A stretch of 64,000 bases of DNA, taken from Penicillus capitatus. Lineage: Eukaryota > Plantae > Chlorophyta. Shown one piece after another: positions 25,151 through 38,400 of the stretch; within the stretch, counting starts at the first letter, position 1, and each line of letters starts with the position of its first letter. The stretch lies in contig OZ287701.1 in assembly GCA_965649825.1 (NCBI GenBank), forward strand, positions 547,101 through 611,100. The letters are read 5' to 3'. Below the pieces are notes generated by a model. It was not told the origin of the DNA. It did no database searches and was given only the letters and a program-made list of their open reading frames with translations. A program made the position numbers and the translations under genes.

Positions 25151-28100
25151 ATGTCGATATCTCGTTCGTCGAAAAAGCCCCGCGTCGATCATGCGTCGCT
25201 CACGAATACGCAGCCAGGCGCGTTAGAGGAGGTGCCGCCGCGGACGGTTAGGAAGTCGTCTGCAACGCGATCCGGCATTGATCCCGATGTGTCGTTTCTT
25301 GTCGCAGCGATCGAGAATCGAGCGAACGAGGTGGGCGTCGCGATCTTCGATCCCACGCGTCAGCGACTTCTCTTGACGCAATTCATCGAAACTTCACGTA
25401 CTTACACGACGACGTTGACATTTTTCCATCGCTATCCACCCAAACCGCTGATTCTTGTCAACGAAAAGACAAAATCGCGAGCGGGAGGACTCACCTGTGC
25501 GGTTCAAGATGTTTGCGATCACATTGCGCTGCCCCGCGGTTGTTTCGATGATGCCAAGGCAGAGCTCATGATCGAAGAGCTCGCGATGGAAGGCCAAGAT
25601 TCGGAGAGCCACGTGTCCATTCGGCGGCGCCACTATCTTGCGATCGGTGCCGCCGGTGCACTCTTGGGCTACCTACAAGAGGAACAACACCGAGTCTTGA
25701 CGCAAAAATCACTCGATGTCATCTTCATCGGAACAGAAAAGTATGAATGATCATTTTGATCGGCAAAAGATCCGTCCTTCTGGGGTTTCTGTGACGTAGA
25801 CATTTGGAATTGGATCTGATGAGCATCGAATGTCTCGGCATTGCAAAGCCGACTCGAGTGTTGGACAAATGGAGCCCGCCCAGTCTATTCCAGACGATGA
25901 ATCGGACAAAGACGGCTTGCGGAGCAAAACTGCTAAAGGCCAATCTACTCCAGCCCCTCACACATGTTCCCACTCTAAACTGCCGGTTTCTGTCACGCTT
26001 GGATTGCCATAGAAATGATTTGTGATATCTCTGCATCAGCTACGAGGCAGTAAAGGAGCTCGTAGACAAGGAAGCGTTGAAAACCGCATGCGGCGCTGCA
26101 CTCGATGCCATACCTAAGGATCTCGATCGACTATGTTCCATCTTCACCTGGCGGACATCCGAACCGACAACAGACGGTCCGTCACATCCGGGCTGCTATT
26201 GTTCCTACGCTGTCAAGGACAGGCGTCCGGTCGGAGAAGGACGACACACTCTGTCGCAAGATCTCGACGTGGATCGATGGTGTGATCTTGATGAAGGATA
26301 CACTTGAATCGCTAACTCGCCTGGGTGAGGCCCTTCAAGACAGTAGGTGGGTGACACATCTCCTGCTACTTTGCTGTCGCATCATTGTTCCGTAGTTCTG
26401 TACTACTGAGAGGCATTCATGAGACCATCACACATCCTGTGTTCGATGGGATCTTGAACAAGGTCTGTGCTGTGTTGGATGACCAAGTCCATCGACAGAG
26501 AGCTGCGGCGCTCAAGAGAATCGAACAGTGTTATGCAGTCAAGTCTGGATTCGATGGTTTCTTGGATGTTGCCCGCACGAACTTCTGTCACATCACGGAG
26601 CGGATTCACGCATTGGCCAACCGACTTCAGGAAGAACACCGACTCGAGAGCATCAAAGCACTGTCACATCTTACATACGGTACAGTGACCTGCTGCTTTT
26701 CAGGTCTCTTTCAATTCGAAGAGAGGGTTCTCTTTTCTTGTGACCGCGTCCGGGACATCTGTCTCATCCCGCTCTTCCATACCAGAGTGAGGCTGCACGA
26801 GATGCATACCAGCAGTGCGATGTGTGATTTAGTGGATGGATGGTGATTGAGAAACGCGGAAAGAATGCCATGCATTGCGTTACGCATGAGCTGATTGCAT
26901 TGAATGCCCGACTGAGAGATGCCACACACGACTGTATGGTTCTGACACAACAGGTCATACGCACAGCGAGATCCCTTTACACCAGTAGGTGGCTGTTAGG
27001 CACTGGAGAGTGTGACAGAGATGGTGGTCACTCATCTGGTGCCCGTTCGCAAAATGGTCGACAGTGTGGCGCTGATGGATCTGTTGTGGAGTTTTGCAGA
27101 GTTGGTAATTACATCTGCCGGGCCCTATACACAACCATGCATAACAATGCATAGCCTTTTCGCTATCTCGGCTGGCAGACATCCTGTCTACGAAGTGTGG
27201 TCACTCTTTTCGGTCTGTACAGAAGTGTGACTATTCTCTTCTATGTCGAAGATTGTGGAGGGCGTCGAGTTCTGTCCTAATGACACATTTTTCTCTCCTT
27301 TTTCAAACGGTCACATCATTACAGGGCCCAACATGAGTGGCAAATCCACCTACCTCAAGCAAGTTGTGCCCATTGAGTGTATATCGTACATTGGGAAAGA
27401 TTGAATGACAGGTGGCTTTGATATTGATCATGGCCCAAGTGGGTTCGTTCGTTCCGGCCGAGCACTTTCTCTTCAACCCTCGCGAGCAGCTCTTTACTCG
27501 GATGGGATTCGCAGATTCCATCGAGACCAACTCAAGCAATTTCATGGTCGAGATGCAAGAGATGTCACACATTCTCGAAAGAGTGACCAAGAAAAGCCTC
27601 GTCATCGTCGACGAGCTCGGAAGAGCCACGAGCACCATGGACGGAGAGAGCATTGCGTGGGCTGTCAGCGAGAAGCTCTTGAACATTGGAGCCTTCTCAC
27701 TCATTGCCACGCATTTCAATGACCTTCCTTATCTCACACAACTCTACCCAAATGCCAAGTATGACCAGAAACGCATGCTTTCTTTGATGACGACGAGGGT
27801 TTTGCAGATTGAAGCATTTTGAAGTGATTGTTGCATCGGACGGACTGCATTTTACTTTCAAGCTCTGTCCCATCTCCTATGCATCTCTCAAGACAGCATT
27901 ACCAGAGCATTACGGCATCCAACTGGCCAAGATTCTCGATTTCCCTCAAGAAATCATCCATCGTGCTGAAGACATTGCACGTCATGTGCGTTTTCATCCC
28001 ATGACAGGCGCCTCAGAGGAGACGCGCGTCGTCCGAGGCATTGGCGACGTGGACGCGCGTGCGGCCAATGACCTTGGCCAGAAGTTACTGTGTCTGGCGG

Positions 28101-28207
28101 TTAGTGCAGATGAAATGGCGACCGAACGTCTCCGAGAAGAGGTGAAGCAGCTCCAATGCCATCTGTCGTCAGGAAGCCATTCACCGTTTCGACGGCGTAC
28201 ACCTTAG
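25151..28207 (+). CDS. MSH4: MutS homolog 4 (meiotic crossover protein)
   Basis: N-terminal [29 protein letters not shown] typical of MSH4. Also [52 protein letters not shown] and FSLIATHF. Many short introns, and the frame appears intact. Confidence 0.92.
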
Positions 28208-28428
28208 GATCAATTTGATGTACCGACAAACCGTCGAGAGAATGCAGCGAAGCAGCGACGGATCCAATCGCTTTGGACCGAGAACAGGTACTTAACTACG
28301 AACTGTACTGCAACTTCATGCGATTCGGATACTTACCTTGTTAGATTTTCAGTTGCACTTGGCATAAGAAAGCCATACCTATCAAGCTTGTTTAGCTCAA
28401 CGATATCAGACTTTTGTTTGTTGCTCTG

Positions 28429-29719
28429 ATGATTCGCCAAACGCCGCTCGTCGTCGCCGTTCTCATCTCGACGGTCTTCGCTCTAACAGGTGCCCATCTC
28501 GTCGACCGTTCGCTGTGCGTTGACAATAGCTGGGGTCTGATGTGAACAGGGGCGTGGACGGAGACAGCTCTTGGAGATAAGGCCCTTTCGACGGGCCGCG
28601 GACTGCGCACGATTCCTTCAATTGAAGATGTCAAAGCGACATGCAAGACATCCGCAAAGGCGACCGTTTTCCTCGACGCGACAGGCAAAGCGAATCTGAA
28701 GGCGCAGTCCTCATGCAAGGCCTTTGCGACGTCCATTAGCAACGTCGAGAATATTGTCAAAGAGTTCATTCGTCAAGTCGAGCACAAGCCTCTCGAGGGA
28801 TGCACGACTGTCCGCGTGGAGGAAGTGATTAATCTGTGCGCTCAAGCGATTGCGAAGGTCTATACCGAAGCATCCGTGGCCATCAAAGCCAAGGGCAATG
28901 TCAAAGCGTGTGCCAGCGCATCGGCAGAGGGTGATGCGTTTGCCAAGGCATACGCGGCCCTGCTGGTGAATTTGTGGCTCGGCGTGACGACGGGCGAAAA
29001 CTCGGCTGATGCCGAAGCTCAGGTTGGGACGTTGTCGTATACATTGGCGGACGTCTGGGCTGCCGCCAAAGCAGAGAGATGTCTGAAAGGCACGGGGTCG
29101 GTGAAGGACTTTGAAAAATCTGTTGCCGAACAAGTCCGCGTGGCGTTGACCTGTGTCACCATTGAACTCGCTGTCAAGCTCTGCGATGTCGCTTTCGCAG
29201 GCAAAGCAACGGTGGAAGGCGACTGTACGGGATGCAACAATGGAGGTCAGCGCTTGTGGTTTTGTGCTATCGCCATGACATGCGCTTTGCCTTTGTAGAA
29301 CTCAAAGCATTATTGGCGAAAACGAAATCGTCGGTCGAGGTCAATGTGTGCTCCACCACAAAGACCCTCATCGATAACACCAAAGGAACTGCCAAAACGT
29401 CTGATCTCGATGCCGAGCAGTGCAGCAACAAGATTTACGACGAATGCTGCAAGCCGTTCTATGAAGATAAGTCCGAATGCCTTTGCGGCAGAAAGTAAGC
29501 ATCTCGATTGTTGGCACACAGCGACCGATGCGTCTTCGATGACTCAGGTGCCATGCAAGAAAGCACGAAGACAGTCAATTCTGGGAGGACATGCTTCATC
29601 CTGGAAAGCTCTGCTATTGCAAGAAACCCAATATGGACATGTCGGCCAAAATCGTTGCTTCAAAGACGGCGGAGTCCGAGAAGGTTGTGAAGAAGGTGGT
29701 GGCCGGTGGTCACAAGTGA
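28429..29719 (+). CDS. Secreted Ala/Thr/Lys-rich, Cys-containing protein of unknown function, 4 exons
   Basis: Signal peptide MIRQTPLVVAVLISTVFALTG. In-frame splicing joins 28816-29298, 29299-29495 and 29549-29719. Cys clusters ECCKP..ECLCG..LCYCKKP. Confidence 0.72.
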
Positions 29720-29867
29720 AGAGTATCAAGATTCCAAAAATCGACTGGAGTTTGCTAGTCGCCGTTGATTTAATTCCCGTGCCGCTATGCATGAAATAAA
29801 GCCTTTTTACTGATCTGTAGCTAGCGTGATCGCAGGGACTCTGTCTGCCTTTAATGGTTATTCGCAA

Positions 29868-31466
29868 TCATAAGGGCGGAGATCGTGACGTTGAGATCTG
29901 AATAATAACTTGAATTCCATTCCCTTGCTGTAATGGCACGCATCTTACACGTAGTTCGATGCGATTCCACCGAGCATAGGTAGAGAATTCGGATTCGTCG
30001 TCCGTATGATCTTTAGAAAGGCCCAACAGCTCCATGCCTGACGCGCGGAGATGAGAATCTGCGAACAGGATCCAGTACATAGATGCACATTCGGCCGCCA
30101 TTACCTGCTCTTCGGACAGTTCTGGCTCGGCCCATAAATGGCAAGGCACTTCATCGGCGTCGTTGGCGACCTCCACACCCGCTAGGACGCAGTTTTGGCA
30201 TCGGAAGCTGTGATAAATGTGTGGCGGTCTTACTGACGGAGCGCAGGAAGACGTGAAAACCGGCGCGGTGGAGGACAATCTTCATCTGCTCGCGTTCTCT
30301 GAACCGACGAAGCGTTTTCAGAAATATCTGACACCCACCAGACACACAGTATAAATCTCGTGCACACAGGACTGCAAACCTTCGTGATGTCGTCTCCGCC
30401 GATGATCTTCACACCATCTTCGCGTAGTACTTTACGAAATTCGTTGAAGTGAGGGCCCGCTTTGCGAATGAATGGACTTTCCAAGACGGTCCTGTGACAA
30501 AAGAGTGAGAGAGTGAGCAGTGTTCTGTGAGCTGCTATGCCTGAGTTCTGGTCCCACGACCTTCATCTGACGCAGTTGCAGTAACATGACGCTCTTTTCC
30601 GTGGCCAATGTCATCAACGCAATCATGTTCTCTTCTCTTAAGCGCAACGGTCCTCCCGGATTCAACGGAGGTGGGCCCATCGGTCGATTCTCCTCACGAA
30701 ATCGCCGTTTGGGTCGTTTCTTGACGGAAGGCAAGGGTGGTGGTGCAGGAAGCAGAACATGATGCAGACGGACACCCATGAGACGCCCATCCTCTTTCAG
30801 GCATCGCTGACTCCATGCCTCACAAATCTTGTAATCATTCGTGACCGTCACCTCGATCCTCTCACATCGATCCGGCATAACGCCTGCAAATTTTTCGCTG
30901 TACTCCGATCTGACATTCCCTGACATCAGGAAACACGTGGATAACGTGATACAACGAGTGACCGACCGTTCAATGTCCATCTCCAGTTTCCTCGTGGCGA
31001 CAGGGATCGTCTCAAGGTCCACTCCACCAACGAGCTCTCGCTGTACGGAGATACGATGTCGTGATGTCCCCGGCGGTTTCGATGAGGGTTTCTGAGATGG
31101 AAGGGGAGGGTAGACGGGTTTTGACGACGGACGGTAACCCTTTGGACGTGATTGAGGCGCATCCAACGCGTCACTTCGCCCAGCGCCGTTGCGCGTGGCA
31201 CTGAGGCGATCGACCCTGTGGACCGTCGAGTAGGCCTTCATCGAGCAGGACACGCCACGATTTTCACAGTCATCTAATATCCATGGTCCAGCAACGGCCC
31301 ACGTGGCAGCGGCGCATTGGCACTGCCCCAACCACCAGAAGCTCTTTAAGGCGATCACGACGAGCGTCTTAATCGTGTTCGATCTTCGATTTTTCGATTG
31401 GGCGCAAGAAACGCTTTGTGCGTTCATGATACAGAGACATCTGCAAAAATCGACCTCCGGAAACAT
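29868..31466 (-). CDS. Unknown protein (multi-exon, Pro-rich segments)
   Basis: 344-aa ORF plus downstream same-strand ORFs (30230-30484, 29868-30278) separated by plausible short introns; no recognised domain. Confidence 0.5.
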
Positions 31467-31732
31467 CGTTCACTCACAGGTTCTCTTGTCCGTTCCAATC
31501 TCAGGCAAGGCCCGAGCGTGCAAAACGAAAACCCTTTTCTGCCATCGCGAAAGAGCGATGCATCCGTTGCCCTTGTTGTGTGTCGTCTGTGTTGACGGTA
31601 AACGATGGAAAGCGGTCGGTCTGATGCTCGCGTCTGAATGCGCTATCGAGTGCCGCGTCTATCGCGAACCCTACTCTGCGCTTCTGTCGCTGATGCTGGG
31701 CATCTGTGTAGAATCTGCTTCACGCAAGAAAC

Positions 31733-33587
31733 ATGCTTCGTCGAAAACCTCTCTGTGCGCAACATGAACTGTCTCCAAGCGAGACATCTCTGACGAACCG
31801 AACAAGCTCCTTTACTCTACGTTCGACTACGAATGAAACGGATGGGGAGGCATTCATCCGAAATAAACCTATAAGAGTGGACGAACCCAGTCCACGACGT
31901 ACTGTTAAAACGAGGTAGATGCATAAGCAGCATCATCATCCAGAGCATACATGGTCTGTGTAGATTCCGCTTTCCCGGTGTGGGCATGTTCCGAGCTGGT
32001 TTGGCAGGATTCCGACGCCATATTCATACACCTTCTGCCACAAAGCCATGCGTTTGGATTGATACGCCCAAAGATGGCGGGTCGGATGTCGACACGCTTT
32101 GTGCAAAACGCGCCAAGAGCACCACAGCCCTCCGTGATCGATGCTACAGTCGAACGACAGATCCCTGTGCATCAGCAGACGACATCGACGTTCTCATAAG
32201 TACGTTGTACATTATAACATGACATGACGTCCTCACACATTCTCTCACTCTTTGACATGTGTGTTGGCAGATGATGCGGTGGTCGATCTCCCACTTAACG
32301 GTCCTCTGCAGAGGTCCATGTTCACGCTTTCCCGTTTGCCAGAAATGGAGGCGACACCGTATGTGGATTCTTTGAACGGCAGCCCTCATGGCGCGAGTTC
32401 GCGGTGGGAAGGAAAGCCAAATCCTTCACACCGTATGCGCACTTCCGCCTCCAGCATGGCCAATGCAACACCCAGGAATCCGAAGCTCACGTTACAGGAC
32501 AATAATAATCTCAATAGCGACGCCGAAAATCTCTTCGATTATCCGAACGCTCTACAGGAACAGAAAGAAAAACTCGATCACGAGTATCTAAAGCGTCTGG
32601 AACGTCGCTCCTTCTCCCATGTCGATTTTATCAAGCCGGTTTATGGAGATTCCCTTAGTAGCTCGGACAGTCCAGTTCAGCCTCCCGAACGTCCGGTGAC
32701 GCGTTTGGACACACGTCTCTATCATGGAAGGTCTCAGCACAAATCCGCCGCAGATTTCGTGGCAGGCGAACTGAGTACGGTCGATGACAGTACTCCATCG
32801 ACAGATTCGGTTTGTGATCCGCCGACATCTTTCCGTTCTGACCAAATTCTCTTCCACAATTCTTCTGGGTACAAGCAGTTGCGAATGGACGCTGGATTTC
32901 TTATCAGCACTGGACGGTCTGAAGAGAATGCTTGTATAGGAAAAAAGGCCCGTGGACCATCACTTAAGCACGGGACAGACCTGCGACGCATGAAGTTTCA
33001 TTCAGTCGATCCTGCCTCTTCTCTCAAAGCTTCGGCATTGCCTATCCATATGACTATGGGAAAAGAACTCCGAGAAGACCTTGCAGAAGAGGTCCTTGCT
33101 GAGCCTGATGGTCACATCTCTGCTCGGTCAAAGATCTCACACAAGGACGATGACTGCAGTGTTTTGGAAGAACCCAGAAATCTCTCCATGTGGCTCGATT
33201 GGCTCGAAGAGAGATCTGATGTGACAAGGAAAGAGATTTTGTATCGTATGGGATGCCAAAGAGCTTTTATCCAAGAAGCACGTGAGAAACTGAGAAGCCA
33301 TGCGTTGGCGAAGGAGGCATTGGAGGACATGTGGGAACCTAAGATGAAAGACCGCTTGGCGGTCATCCGACGCCGTTGTATTGCCAAAGCGTACAGGAGA
33401 AATAAATATGCAAGAAGAAAATCATGTGACATAAACGCCGATGAGATTGCCGACATTAATTTGGACGAGGTGCGATCCGAGCGATCGATGCATCAGCAAA
33501 GAAGCCACGATCTGTGTTTTGTAGGCGGATGATGATGTTTGCGCTTCAAGGAACGGGGCACTCATGCGTCTTAGCTTGAATCTCTAA
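31733..33587 (+). CDS. Unknown protein, Ser-rich disordered N-half and helical C-terminal region, 4 exons
   Basis: 426-aa ORF 32252-33532 joined in frame to upstream exons (31733-31914, 31963-32199) and to a last exon ending TAA 33585-33587. Confidence 0.6.
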
Positions 33588-35456
33588 GTTTCTATCTAAT
33601 TCGTGAGAAAGGCTTTTTGTGCCTTCTCGGTAGGTTTTGATGGACTATGTCATAAAATTCAGTAAGATAACGTTACGATCGCTCTTTACATAACTGTAGA
33701 TCTGTTCATCGATTCGAGTGTGGGAAATGACTTTTCTGGTGAGCAAGCTCTGACGCATATGTTGGAGGGGATATGTCAATCGGCGATGGAGTCGAGAAAT
33801 GGGAGAGGAGACAAAACCTACAGATCTAGTACATACAATCCATGGCGCTGTTCTTAGGTCCGGCAAAAGTTTACCTTCTTTTCGGAAGTTCTTTGGTGGG
33901 AAGTACCTTATCATCATTCTCTGCCTAGATCATCCTCGGTTTCGGAATCTCCTTTAAACGAACTCGACTCCTTGACGTGAGTGTGCACCATTCGTGACAA
34001 ACACATGTCTACCCTTTCATCGCCACAAAACGGAGGGTGCCGCCTCATGTACGCTTTGTTCATTGTTTCGTCGTTGGTTGTTTGGGGTGTTGGTTAATGG
34101 TTTAGTCGATTGATTGGTTTTGATGGTTGGGCGGGCGGGCAAATCACTGAATCCGATCGTTGAGAGGCGGGAAGGGATTAGGTTGATGCAAGGTGGCTTA
34201 CTGGTGGACAGAAGGGTTGGGGAAAACGGTCGTTGTTCATCTTCGTTCTTTCTTGCCAATTCTATTCGGTCCAGTGTCCCAAACACACAAGGACCGTAAG
34301 CCACCGCCCGCAAGCAAGTCTGTCAGACCTTGACAAGGAAGTCTATACTGGGAGTGTCGCCGCTCTTTCGATGCGGCTACAGTATGATGGTAACTCGATG
34401 TTTTTGAGATTCCCCATTGAGATCTCATGCACTTGGGTGTTGCTAGCCGTCGCTCTTTCCACACTTTTGTCGTTTTATTCTTTTATTTTTTACGGCCGGA
34501 CCTGCGCTGAATTTTTGACGGCCAAGTGTTCCCTTTTTTCATCTGTTGAACCTGGTGGCGGTAGTGCCAGGTCTTGGCAGAAGACAGCGCTGTCACTGCG
34601 ATTCTGTAGCTGTCTCTGTCCATTCCGCACTACTTGCGATTCTTTGGCCTTCCAAGAAGGCGATGGGTGTCATTATTAATGACAGAGAAGATGCGTCGAC
34701 CGCAGATTTTTGCATCTTCTCTTGCATCATGGCCCATTCCGCCGCTCCGATGCACAACACGTATCACCACCTGACTGCAATGCAACAACAGCAACAACAA
34801 AGATCTCACAAATCCATGATTTCTCTCTCTCTCTGAAAACACCAAGGAATGGAACAGTCAAAATCGGAGACTTGAATGATGATGCCAACTGACGATGGAT
34901 GACGTACATATGACAGTTTTCCGATGCACTCTTCCATGGCAGCGTATGCTATCGACGACCTTAGAACTGCGTATCGCATTTTTTTCTCAATGGGGTGCCA
35001 TGCTTGTCCGTTAAAGGGTGTTGTTCTGTTTGACGCGAGATGGGGTTACACTGTAGCATCTTGACAACAAATGGGAACCGTATTGCTATTCTTCATTTCA
35101 CCCTGGACAGTTTGGAGGAGGTCGGTTTATCAAGCACCCTCAAAGTGTAATGCATGATCGCACATCGCAGTTCCTCACTTTTTGTGTAGCTTCCGTATTC
35201 GATGAGGGACTCTCATGCTTATTACCACTCACCATTCGTTTTTTCCTTCCCTTGTCACATTCAGCAGGGAACCATGACACGATTATGTAAAATCCTTAAG
35301 TATTGGTCTCGATGACGCAATGCGCCCCGTCACATCGATCTGCGTTTTGGGCTCAGATCTGACCCCCCCCCCCTCTGACGTTTCGCATTCTACGACGACG
35401 ATGCAAAGACGACCAGCTGAGATGGTTTCCACTTCTGTCACCCCTGTTGGCGGAAG

Positions 35457-38400
35457 ATGCGCCATGCCGCGTCGCCAGATCGCATTTCTCGTGCGTCGCC
35501 TCCCATCCCGAACGAGACCCTGCTCATGACTGACAGCCACGCTTTACAGGGATCGACGTTGAAGCATCCCCGCCCTCTCCGCTCCTCTGTTCTTCGAAGA
35601 ACCGTGTGCTCTTCTCTGTTGAGCAACGCCTGTCGCGACATGCTGCGTCCTTTAGGTCTCTCCTCAGATGGTGGCGACGGGACCTAACACGCGCACCGTC
35701 CAGGTCGACATTCGCGACAACCAAGGTACGATCATACACACGATGCCTTCATCTCCGAGGTCTCCGATCCGTAGACAAGGGTCTGTTTACTTCAACGAAT
35801 CCCGAAATGCGCCGGATCATTCCTGAGCCCAACGGCCGCGTCGTGGTGCGTGTGGTCTACACTGTCCTCGAGGCCCAGTATCAGTCCGCACTCTCAGCTG
35901 CCGTACGTCAAATCAACGCAAAGAATGAGAAAGTGTGTTTTGAAGTCGTGGGCTATCTCCTGGAGGAATTACGCGATGCCGACGTTTACGCCACTTTCCA
36001 GAGAGACGTCGCATCGGCCAATGTCTTTATTGGATCTCTTATCTTTATCGAAGAGTTGGCAGATAAAGTCATTGCTGCCGTCGAGCCCGTGCGTGAGGCA
36101 CTGGATGCCTGCTGCATTTTTCCATCCATGCCAGCCGTGATGCGACTGAACAAATTGGGCACCTTCTCCATGTCCAAGCTCGGCAAATCGAAATCCATCT
36201 TCTCGGACCTCGTCAAAAGCGCCCGGCAAAACAACGAGAGATTCGAAGAGAACCTCCTGGCCATTGTCCGAACGCTGCCAAAGATTCTAAAGTATCTGCC
36301 GTCGGACAAGGCACAGGATACACGGAACTTCGTGACGGCGCTACAGTACTGGCTCGGCGGCAACACTGCAAACCTTCAGAATCTCTTACTCAACATTTCC
36401 GCCTCCTATGTGCCACAGCTGAAGGATGTGGATTTTGACGTCCAGGATCCAGAGCTCTTTCCGGAGGTGGGTATCTGGCATCCCTGTGCGCCGACAATGT
36501 ATGAAGATCTGAGAGAATATATGAACTGGTACGATACGAGAAAAGATATCACGTTTGCGGAGGATGCCCCCGTCGTCGGTCTTGTCCTCCAGCGTTCGCA
36601 TCTGGTGACCGGAGACGAGGGGCATTACTCGGGAGTGATCTCGGATCTGGAGGCGAAAGGAGCGCGAGTGATCTCGGTGTTTGCGGGAGGACTGGATTTT
36701 TCCTCCCCTGTGCGAAAGTTCTTTTACGATCCGTTGAAACCGACGGAAGCGTTTGTCGATGTCGTGGTGTCCTTGACGGGATTTGCTCTGGTCGGAGGCC
36801 CAGCTCGGCAAGATGCACCCAAAGCGGTGGAAGCTCTGAAGAAGCTGAATGTACCGTACCTGGTTTCCGTGCCATTGGTGTTTCAGACAACGGAGGAGTG
36901 GGTCGGTTCGCAACTGGGAGTGCATCCCGTTCAGGTGGCCCTTCAAGTGGCGCTTCCCGAGATCGATGGCGCGTTGGAGCCCATCATTTTTGCAGGAAGG
37001 GATAGCAATACAGGCAGAAGTCATTCCTTGCCCGACAGGATCGATGCCCTGACATCTCGGGCGATCAAGTGGGCAACGTTGGGAAAGAAAAAGAATTTTG
37101 ACAAGAAAGTGGCCGTCACTATTTTCAGCTTCCCACCGGACAAAGGAAACGTCGGGACAGCTGCCTACCTCAACGTCTTTGGATCTATCCACCGTTGTCT
37201 CCAGGAACTGCAGAGAGAGGGATACAACGTTGGGGACATCCCTGAAAGCGCCACCGATCTCATTCGATCCGTAATGCCAAACTGTCACCTCCCTTCTCAC
37301 CCTCGTTGCTATGCACGGTCTGTCTGACAGATTCTGAATTCGGACGAGGCACGATTCAACAGTGCGGATCTGAATGTGGCTTACAAGATGCCTGTCAGTG
37401 AGTACACAAGGCTGTGTCCATATGCCGAGGACTTGGAAGAGAATTGGGGCAAACCGCCTGGTAATCTGAACTCCAACGGTCAAGAGCTGTTGGTTTATGG
37501 CAAGCAGTTTGGCAATGTCTTCATCGGCGTGCAGCCAACTTTTGGATACGAAGGCGATCCGATGAGATTGCTCTTCAGCAAATCTGCCAGTCCTCATCAT
37601 GGATTTGCGGCGTACTACACCTTTCTGGAGTACGTCTTCAAGGCAGATGCTGTTCTGCATTTCGGCACACATGGATCTCTGGAGTTCATGCCTGGAAAGC
37701 AGGTGGGAATGTCGGGAGGCTGTTATCCGGATTCTCTGATCGGCAGCATTCCGAATCTCTACTACTATGCAGCGAACAATCCATCGGAAGCAACCATTGC
37801 CAAACGACGGTCCTATGCTAATACCATATCCTATCTGACGCCTCCAGCCGAAAACGCAGGACTGTATAAGGGGCTCAAAGAGTTGAAGGAGCTGATTGGA
37901 AGCTACCAGTCTCTTAGAGAAGGTGGTCGAGGGGTGCAGATCTGCAATACCATCATCGAAACGGCCAAACAGTGCAACTTCGATAAGGATGTCGATTTGT
38001 CGGTGGAAGATGCAAAAGACATCGATATCGACGCACGGGATACTATTGTCGGTAGTGTCTACCGCAAACTGATGGAGATCGAATCGAGACTGCTGCCTTG
38101 CGGTCTGCACGTCGTCGGAGATCCCCCTTCTGCCGAAGAAGCTGTGGCGACTCTGGTCAACATTGCCGAGATCGATCGACCAGATGCTACGCCACCCATT
38201 CGTGGATTGCCCTCCATTATGGCAGAAACCATCGGACGAGACATTCAAGAGATCTACTCCAAGAGCAACCAAGGAAACTTAGATGCCGTCAGTCTCCTCG
38301 AGCAGATCACAGAGGCCTGCCGTTCCAGCGTCAAGAATTTTGTCGATGCTCGGACAGATGAGAACGGACGCGTCAGTGTGGATGCGCTTAAAAATATGAT

